Shown here: positions 57,130 to 64,000 of the stretch, piece by piece
How the letters are laid out: the number at the start of each line of letters is the position of its first letter
Position numbering within the stretch: the stretch's first letter is position 1
Origin: Myxococcota bacterium
GTDB taxonomy: Bacteria > Myxococcota_A > UBA796 > CAJQPC01
Reading direction: 5' to 3'
NCBI GenBank assembly: GCA_036012755.1
Contig: DASCPX010000129.1
Coordinates: 1-64,000 of the forward strand
Length of the DNA: 64,000 nucleotides
Made by a program: the position numbers and the translations under genes
The notes under the pieces: generated by a model
Databases searched by the model: none
The model's input: the letters and a program-made list of their open reading frames with translations, nothing else
What the model was told of the DNA's origin: nothing

Positions 57130-57831
57130 ATGGTCGTGCTCCTTGCTCTCCTCGGTGTCTTCGCGGGTGCCCTCACCACCGTCGCCGGAATGGGCGGCGG
57201 CTTCGTGATGGTCGTGGTGCTCTCGCTCTTCATGTCGCCGGTGGAGGCCCTGGCGATCACCGCGCCTGCGCTGTTGTTGGCGAACGCACACAGGGCCTGG
57301 ATGTACCGAGCGGAGATCGCCTGGAGGGAGATCAAGCCGCTCATCCTTGGCGCCTTCCCCTTCGCGGTGCTCGGGAGCTTCATCGCGACCGCCTTGCCGG
57401 ACGCAGTCATCCGCTTGTCGATGGCGGCCATGGCGGCGATGGCGGTCGCGCGGGTGGTCTTCGAGCTGACCTGGGCCCCGAGCCGCGTTTGGAACGGCCC
57501 CGCGGGCGCGCTGACAGGCTTCGTGTCGGCCACTACCGGCGGCGGTGGCACGGTGATGGGGCCCTTCCTCCTGGCTCGGGGGCTCTCCGGCACTCGCTAC
57601 GTCGTGACCGGCGCCTGCACCGCTGGCGCGATCCACATCGCCCGCATCGGCAGCTACACCGCCGCCGGCGCCGGGGTCGACCTCATCGTAAAGGGCGTCC
57701 TGCTGGCGTCGATGCTCTTCATCGGCAACCTGCTCGGGGACCGCGTCCGCCGACACCTCGGTGAGAGCGGTCAGCACCGCGTCCAGCTCGGTGTGATGCT
57801 CGCTTGCGTGGGGCTGGCCCTGGTGGGGTGA
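57130..57831 (+). CDS. TauE/SafE-family (TSUP) exporter
   Basis: AG.L..VAGMGGG and G.L.GF.S..TGGGG..P repeats; multiple TM helices. Confidence 0.85.
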   Translation: MVVLLALLGVFAGALTTVAGMGGGFVMVVVLSLFMSPVEALAITAPALLLANAHRAWMYRAEIAWREIKPLILGAFPFAVLGSFIATALPDAVIRLSMAAMAAMAVARVVFELTWAPSRVWNGPAGALTGFVSATTGGGGTVMGPFLLARGLSGTRYVVTGACTAGAIHIARIGSYTAAGAGVDLIVKGVLLASMLFIGNLLGDRVRRHLGESGQHRVQLGVMLACVGLALVG

Positions 57832-57855
57832 CGACAGTGGTTGCCCGCCCCGTAC

Positions 57856-59982
57856 CTAGAACGCGCAGCTGTACAGGTAGCTGATCTCCTCGCGCGTCAC
57901 GCCCCCGGGCGAGACCACCACCACCTCGAGGTGGGTCCCCTCGAAGGAGTGCACCCACCCGCCGAAGACCGTGCGGTCGCGGACGCGCCAGGCCGCCACG
58001 TATTGCGGCACGTGGCGGGGGTGCTCGAGGTCGAGGGGCTCTGTTTCGAAGCCGTCCATCAGGGTGGTCGAGACGTCGAAGTCCGCCACCACCACCTCGT
58101 CGAGGAGGAGCTCGGCCGTGTACTCACCGGTCTTCATCAGGACCAGCTCGTGGCCTCCCGCCTTCCAGCTGCGATGGCGCTCCCCGACGTGGGCCTCCAG
58201 CTCCAAGGCCGAGGCGTCCGTTCCGGGCTCGACCAGCCAGGTGAGACCTGGACGAATCGGGGCCCCGAACAGCGGCGACAAGGTCAGCGCGGTCCCCTCG
58301 CAGCCGTAGCGGCCCTCCTCTGAAGGGCGGACCTCGAGCACCCCGCCGTCGAGGGAGACGATGGGCTCGTAGGCGGGCAAGGCGCCCCCGAGCACCACGA
58401 CCGGTGATGAAGCCACGACGTCGAACCAGCCCCCCGACACGATGCCCAGCCAGCCTGGCAGGCCGGCGAGGTCGGGCTCCGGCCAGATCACGCCGAGGCG
58501 CTCGGCGTCGAGCACCGGGAGATCCTCGTCGAAGTCACCGGAGGCGATGACCTCGTCCCCAGAGGCCACCAGCCAGTCCGTGGGTCCGTGGAAGAGCCCG
58601 TTGATGCCCTCGATGTCCTCGTCTACGGATGCCGCGTAGAGCACGATGGGCACCTCGACGTCGTCTGGGTGGGGACGAGTGATGATGAGCCTGGGCCGCT
58701 CCACGTCGAAGCGCTGACCGTCGACGAGCACACCGGTCTCGTCGATGGTGATCTCCAGCTCCTCCAGCCACGCCGCCAGCGCCGGACTGGACATCGGGGA
58801 GCCGTAGTGGACCTCTGCCACGGGTGTATCGGAGCTCCAGTCGAGGCCGACCCGCTCCACCCCCCGCTTCCGCATGAAGTGCTCGTACATGGCGTCCGCG
58901 TAGGCGAGGTCCGCGGGTGCGACGAACACGCTCCCAGGACCCAGCCGCTCGAAGGCGGCGTTGATCGGACCCCGGAAGCCCGCCGGGTAGGTCGGCTCGG
59001 CTCCCCACTCGGCGAAGATCGTGGCGAGGTCCTCTGCGGCACTAGCCAGGTCGACCTCGCCCTCCCGGCGCAGCCCGTCGAGGTAGGTGACGACCTCGCC
59101 GACCCAGTAGAAGCCTCGCCCGATCTCGTAGCCCAGGGCCTCGCGCCCTGCCTGGACACCGTAGGCGTCGAGGGCGTAGAGCACCGTCAGCGCTCGCACG
59201 CCTGTCTCGTTCACGACGATCTGCCAGTCGCCATAGGCCTGGTCCCGCATGTGCGTCCGGACATGCCCGAAGACGCTCTCGCCTGCGGACTCCAGCACCT
59301 CTGACCGGGACTCCAGCGCCGGGTTCACGTAGGCGTGGCCGAGCTCGTGAACCAGCAGGTACTGCAGCCCCCTGCCGCTCGAGCCTGGACCCAAGACCGG
59401 TGAGAACTGCACGTCGCCGTCGATCTCCGCGCTGACGCCGTAGTTGTTGGGGCCCACCAACAAGCCGGGGATCACCGTGTAGGAGGCGCCCTCGGCCGGG
59501 CCGAAGAAGCCATCGAGCCAGCTCACGACCTGGTCGCCGCCGGCCTCGCGGAAGTGGGCCTCCACCTCCGAGCGGTGGTCCGCGTGGTCCTCGTAGAAGG
59601 TTGCAAACTCGCTGTCGGCGGCGAAGTCCCTGAGATGACGCAGGAACTTCTCTGCGTCGCGGGCCGTCCAGCGGTCGTCGAGGCGAGCCGGGTGGGGGTC
59701 CAGCGGCACCGCCGGTCGCAGGAGGGGATCGAGGTGGACCGCCAGGTCGACCGGGGCGTTGTAGGCGATGCCTCGCCGGATCCGGAGCCGCCTGGCTGCC
59801 TTCACTGCGCTGTGCCGCTCGTAGGGGGCGAAGTGGTCGTCGACGGCCCGGGCGTAGTCGTCGTCGGCGATGTTGTACTCGTGGGCCCCGCTGAGCCTGA
59901 AGACGATCGAGACGAGCTCGACGCGGGGGTCCACCCGGACCTCCAGATCCGCTGCCGAGGCGAGGGAGATGATCCAGATCAT
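57856..59982 (-). CDS. DUF4932-domain putative zinc metallopeptidase
   Basis: VDPRVELVSIVFRL; HELGHAYVNP (HExxH); AY..W...VNE..VRA. Confidence 0.8.
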   Translation of the reverse strand: MIWIISLASAADLEVRVDPRVELVSIVFRLSGAHEYNIADDDYARAVDDHFAPYERHSAVKAARRLRIRRGIAYNAPVDLAVHLDPLLRPAVPLDPHPARLDDRWTARDAEKFLRHLRDFAADSEFATFYEDHADHRSEVEAHFREAGGDQVVSWLDGFFGPAEGASYTVIPGLLVGPNNYGVSAEIDGDVQFSPVLGPGSSGRGLQYLLVHELGHAYVNPALESRSEVLESAGESVFGHVRTHMRDQAYGDWQIVVNETGVRALTVLYALDAYGVQAGREALGYEIGRGFYWVGEVVTYLDGLRREGEVDLASAAEDLATIFAEWGAEPTYPAGFRGPINAAFERLGPGSVFVAPADLAYADAMYEHFMRKRGVERVGLDWSSDTPVAEVHYGSPMSSPALAAWLEELEITIDETGVLVDGQRFDVERPRLIITRPHPDDVEVPIVLYAASVDEDIEGINGLFHGPTDWLVASGDEVIASGDFDEDLPVLDAERLGVIWPEPDLAGLPGWLGIVSGGWFDVVASSPVVVLGGALPAYEPIVSLDGGVLEVRPSEEGRYGCEGTALTLSPLFGAPIRPGLTWLVEPGTDASALELEAHVGERHRSWKAGGHELVLMKTGEYTAELLLDEVVVADFDVSTTLMDGFETEPLDLEHPRHVPQYVAAWRVRDRTVFGGWVHSFEGTHLEVVVVSPGGVTREEISYLYSCAF

Positions 59983-60655
59983 GAAATGGCCCGAGCCAGG
60001 GTCAGGACGAGGTCCACGGCCTCGGCGAGGCCCCTCCGCAGCTTGCCTTCGCAGACGAGCCGGACGCGATCATCGTAGAGCGCGCTGCCGGGGTGGCCGT
60101 GGACCACGGGCAGGAGCGCCTCGTCCACCCCGGGTCTCGCGACCAGCGCGCGGGCGGCCTCCGGGTCGGGGCAGCGCACGGCGAGGAGATGGTCGAGCAC
60201 GGGGTTGTGGGTGTCTGTCCGCGCACCGCGGGCCCGCTCTCCGTGGACGATGGACAGGCGCGGTGGCAGTCCCTCCACCCAGCAGACCAGCGAGGTGGTG
60301 TGCCTCCCCGGAAGAGCACGTCGAGGGGGAAGCCGTCGAGCTCGCACGCCAGCACGGCCTCCTGGACCTCGAGCCTCGCCAGGGAGACCCCCTGCGGCAG
60401 GCCGTCTTCGATGAGCTCCCGCCCCTCGCCCGCGACGAGGTCGTCCGAGAGGTCACTCTCCAGCACGTGCCGCAGCTGGAGCTGCCAGCCAGCCGGCCGG
60501 GCGAAGAGCTGCACCCACCAACCGGGACCCTGTCCGCGGGCCCCGCGGACCTGATCCACGACCCAGGTCAGAAAACGGGTCTCGCAGAGCTCGCGCAGCG
60601 CCTCCTCCGCGTCGGCGGAGCGCTTCAGCATGCGTCCGGCGCCGATCCACTTCAT
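59979..60655 (-). pseudogene. Hypothetical protein with a frameshift in a G-run near 60308
   Basis: ATGA overlaps at both ends; one extra G joins LFRG to RHTTSLVCW. Confidence 0.6.
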
Positions 60656-61071
60656 GCGAGCTCGAAGTCCAGGAAGTCGAAGCCCGGGGCGACGACACAA
60701 CCGACGAGAGCGTAGCCGGCGGGCCCGTCCAGACAGACCGCCGACTGCCAGCGCCCGCCGGGCACCGTGGCCTGGAAGAGGAGGTCCTCGCCGAGGAGCA
60801 GGTCCGGCTCCCCTTCGACGGACAGCCGCACCGGGTCCCCCTGGTGGTGCATCCAGATCTCGTCGCTCCGGACACGGTGGCGGGCGCTGGAGGCAGCGGT
60901 CGGGAGCAGGAAGAGGATGGCGGTGACCGCTACGCGTGAGCCGCCGTAGCTGCGCGGGAGAGCCGACGACGGGAGCTGGCGATCGCTGCGGAAGGTCTCG
61001 CGGTAGTAGCCGCCCTCTGGGTGGGGCTCGAGCTGCAGCTCGGCGATGAGGTGGCGGACGCGCTCGTTCAC
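60652..61071 (-). CDS. Cupin_5 (DUF985) protein
   Basis: [45 protein letters not shown]. Confidence 0.92.
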   Translation of the reverse strand: MNERVRHLIAELQLEPHPEGGYYRETFRSDRQLPSSALPRSYGGSRVAVTAILFLLPTAASSARHRVRSDEIWMHHQGDPVRLSVEGEPDLLLGEDLLFQATVPGGRWQSAVCLDGPAGYALVGCVVAPGFDFLDFELA

Positions 61072-61111
61072 AGCCCCCAGGTTAGTCGCAACAGACACCC
61101 CGGAGACTCCC

Positions 61112-62095
61112 ATGAAGGCCCCCATTGTCGTCGCAGTGACCGGCGCCGCCGGCAACATCGGCTACGCCCTGCTCTTCCGTCTCGCCTCTGGCGACTGCTA
61201 CGGAAAGGACCAGCCGGTCATCCTGCAGCTGCTCGAGATCACCCCGGCGCTGTCCGCCCTGGAGGGGGTCGTGATGGAGCTCAACGACGGCGCCTTCCCT
61301 CTCCTGCACGGCGTCGAGATCAGCGATGACGCCAACGTCGCCTTCCGCGGTGTCAACCAGGCCTTCCTCGTCGGCGCACGCCCCCGCGGTCCCGGCATGG
61401 TCCGCGCTGACCTGGTCGCCGCGAACGGGCCCATCTTCGTCGGCCAGGGCAGGGCGCTCAACGACAACGCCGCGGACGATGTCCAGGCCATCGTCGTCGG
61501 CAACCCCGCCAACACCAACGCGCTGATCGCCATCCACAACTCGCCGGACATCCCCAACGACCGCATCCACGCCATGACCCGGCTGGACCAGAACCGCGGC
61601 AAGTCCCAGATCGCCGCGAAGGCTGGGGTCACCCCCGGCGAGGTGACGAACCTCGGCATCTACGGCAACCACTCGCCGTCGATGTTCCCGGACTTCCTCC
61701 ACGCCAGGGTCGGTGGGCAGCTCGCCATCGAGGCGATCCCCGAGAAGACCTGGTGGCACGAGCACTTCATGGGCGTCGTGCCGACCCGCGGCAAGGCCAT
61801 CATCGCGGCCCGCGGTGCCTCCTCTGCAGCCAGCGCGGCCAGCGCCGCCATCGACCACGCCTCCACCCTCTGGAACGGCACCCCGGAGGGCGAGGTCGCC
61901 AGCATCGGTATCTACAGCACCGGCGACTGGTACGGACTGCCAGAGGATCTCGTCTACAGCGTGCCGTGCACGGTGAAGGACCGGGTCGTCACCCCTGTCA
62001 CCGACATCGAGCACGGTCAGTGGGCGACGGAGCGCATCGCGGCCTCTGCAGAAGACCTCCTCGGAGAGCGCTCGGCGGTCGCTGAGCTGCTGTAG
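61112..62095 (+). CDS. mdh: Malate dehydrogenase
   Basis: [51 protein letters not shown]. Confidence 0.96.
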   Translation: MKAPIVVAVTGAAGNIGYALLFRLASGDCYGKDQPVILQLLEITPALSALEGVVMELNDGAFPLLHGVEISDDANVAFRGVNQAFLVGARPRGPGMVRADLVAANGPIFVGQGRALNDNAADDVQAIVVGNPANTNALIAIHNSPDIPNDRIHAMTRLDQNRGKSQIAAKAGVTPGEVTNLGIYGNHSPSMFPDFLHARVGGQLAIEAIPEKTWWHEHFMGVVPTRGKAIIAARGASSAASAASAAIDHASTLWNGTPEGEVASIGIYSTGDWYGLPEDLVYSVPCTVKDRVVTPVTDIEHGQWATERIAASAEDLLGERSAVAELL

Positions 62096-62198
62096 TTCGG
62101 GTTGGATCTGGGGTCCGGTGATCCCATCCCCGTGAGACAAAGAGATCGCAGTTGTCGGACTATCCCGACAAGTGCTTGACATTCTGGGGCCGCCCAAC

Positions 62199-62214
62199 TG
62201 GCACGCTTCTTGCG
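62199..62214 (+). promoter_or_regulatory. Sigma-54 promoter with upstream palindrome
   Basis: TGGCACG-cttc-TTGC; ttgtcgg-N6-ccgacaa at 62152-62171. Confidence 0.65.
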
Positions 62215-62283
62215 AAGTGAGAAGTTGACCGGGTGTGCGTTCGCTATCGAACATGCAGGCACCCCAACGTCCGGAAGGAGCCC

Positions 62284-63843
62284 ATGTCCCGCACCGCTCT
62301 TGTCATAGGCGCTCTTGGAGCGACACTCATCGGCTGCTCCGATCAGAGCCTTCACGCCATCGACGACGCCAACGGCGCCGGAGGGCCCGAGATAGCGGTC
62401 GATCCAGAGGTCATCGACTTCGGGACAGCGAGCCGCGGGGAGTACCGGAACGACGTCTTCACCGTCACCAACGTGGGCGACGGCGATCTCCACGTCAGCG
62501 AGATCGTGCTCGCCGACGACGACGCGGGCTTCTCCATCCTGAGCGAGACCCTCGACTTCTACCTGCCGGCGGGCGCCTCGCAGGAGATCGAGGTCGACTG
62601 GACCCCCTTCGGTGTCAGCCAGAAGAACAACGTCTTCGTGACCAGCGACGACGAGGACGTCGAGAAGGCCACGGTCGAGCTGCGCGGCGAGGGCCTCGTC
62701 CCCGAGCTCAAGATCGACCCGGACCCCTACGACCTCGGCAACACCTACGTCGGCTGCCCCCGCACGGGTCAGATCGACCTCGTCAACGTCGGGACCGATG
62801 TGCTCGACGTCGAGTACGTCGACGTGTTCAACGATGGCTACTTCGAGATCGAGAACCCCAACACCCTGCCGGCGACCCTGCAGTCCGGCGAGTCGATCCC
62901 GCTGTACGTCACCTTCGATCCGGACGAGGACATCTCCTACGACGGCGAGATCGTCGTGACCTCTACCGAGCCGAAGGGCACGCGGACGGGCACCCAGACC
63001 GGCCTCGGCCTGTACACGGCCGAGTACAAGGAGAAGTGGGAGGTCCCCTACGACCCGCCCTCGGACATCATGTTCCTGGTCGACCAGTCCTGCTCCATGG
63101 ACGATGACCAGACCCGGCTCGCCAACAACTTCGAGCTCTTCGCAGACACGCTCAACGACTACACCTCCGACTGGCAGATCATCGTCGTGAACGATGACGA
63201 CGGCTGCACCAACAGCGGCATCCTGGTCCCTGGTGGCAGCTCCTGGCGCGATCGCTTCAAGAGCGCCGTGAAGAAGGGTGGTGGCAGCTTCACGGAGTCC
63301 CTGTTGACCCCTGCTGCCTACGCGACCGGCAAGAGCGGGAGCGGCCAGTGCAACGCCGGCTTCATGCGTGACGGAGCGCTCCTTCACATCATCGCCGTGT
63401 CCGACGAGCCGGAGCAGAGCCCCTACACCAGCGGCTACTCCTGGAGCCAGCTGGTCGACATGATGGTGGCGAACAAGGGCAGCGCCTCGTTGGTCAAGGT
63501 CTCCGCGATCGTCGGTGACTACCCCAGCGGGTGCTCCACGGCCGATCCGGGCACCGGCTACTACGAGGCCGCCAACTACACCGGCGGCGAGTTCCTGAGC
63601 ATCTGCGCCAGCAGCTGGTCGGGCTACATGTCGGCGCTGGCCGAGGCCTCCGTCAGCATGGACACCTACGAGCTGAACGCCACGCCGGTCGAGCACACCC
63701 TCTGGGTCGCCGTGAACGACGTCGAGCGCACCAGCGGCTGGTACTACGACAGCGGCGGCAACTCGGTGATCATCACCGAGAACATCCCGGAGGGCGGCGA
63801 CGTCGTGAAGGTCACCTACGCGGGGCTCGCCAACTGCGACTGA
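62284..63843 (+). CDS. Lipoprotein with two choice-of-anchor D (Ig-like) domains and a VWA domain
   Basis: LIGC lipobox; I.V.P..IDFG...V.NVG..L.V repeats; DIMFLVDQSCSM (MIDAS), VSDE.EQS. Confidence 0.82.
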   Translation: MSRTALVIGALGATLIGCSDQSLHAIDDANGAGGPEIAVDPEVIDFGTASRGEYRNDVFTVTNVGDGDLHVSEIVLADDDAGFSILSETLDFYLPAGASQEIEVDWTPFGVSQKNNVFVTSDDEDVEKATVELRGEGLVPELKIDPDPYDLGNTYVGCPRTGQIDLVNVGTDVLDVEYVDVFNDGYFEIENPNTLPATLQSGESIPLYVTFDPDEDISYDGEIVVTSTEPKGTRTGTQTGLGLYTAEYKEKWEVPYDPPSDIMFLVDQSCSMDDDQTRLANNFELFADTLNDYTSDWQIIVVNDDDGCTNSGILVPGGSSWRDRFKSAVKKGGGSFTESLLTPAAYATGKSGSGQCNAGFMRDGALLHIIAVSDEPEQSPYTSGYSWSQLVDMMVANKGSASLVKVSAIVGDYPSGCSTADPGTGYYEAANYTGGEFLSICASSWSGYMSALAEASVSMDTYELNATPVEHTLWVAVNDVERTSGWYYDSGGNSVIITENIPEGGDVVKVTYAGLANCD

Positions 63844-63857
63844 CGATCTGAGGCAGG

Positions 63858-64000
63858 ATGGCGGCCATGTCGCTGCTGCTGCTCCAGAAGGTCGTCAAGC
63901 AAGTCCTCGATGTCTACGGTGCACCGGTCGGCGGGTCCACGCCCGCCGAGGTGACCGCTGCCATCGACGGGCTCTTCGGCGCCAACCCGTCATTCGACAC
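63858..64000 (+). CDS. Start of a hypothetical gene, truncated by the window edge
   Basis: Frame open to the window end (MAAMSLLLLQKVVKQVLDVYG...). Confidence 0.45.
   Translation, partial: MAAMSLLLLQKVVKQVLDVYGAPVGGSTPAEVTAAIDGLFGANPSFD

Overview
A 64-kb, GC-rich bacterial chromosomal window. MopE-type DCDD repeat proteins, MYXO-CTERM-like tails, a TSP3-OmpA protein and a Hanks kinase suggest a Myxococcota/deltaproteobacterial lineage (inference). It holds about 60 genes: housekeeping/metabolic (crcB, pspA, bioB/F/A, hisN-like, sat, pckA, mdh, thiolase, 3-hydroxyacyl-CoA dehydrogenase), many acidic secreted proteins and lipoproteins, a vapBC TA pair, a RAYT-type HUH transposase next to a nested palindrome, two MITE-like intergenic elements, an operon of DnaD-like gene, DnaC-like ATPase, membrane-anchored Smr protein and C2-domain lipoprotein, and several frameshifted genes. 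No CRISPR array, rRNA or tRNA was seen. The strongest window-wide signals are (i) more than a dozen exported proteins whose signal peptides are only 6-11 residues long with no basic n-region (M-hydrophobic-LAC or -LA|QD), and (ii) recurrent TANNNT boxes 5-7 nt before start codons, implying leaderless and sometimes bidirectional transcription. All calls come from motif recognition by eye; no database searches were run.
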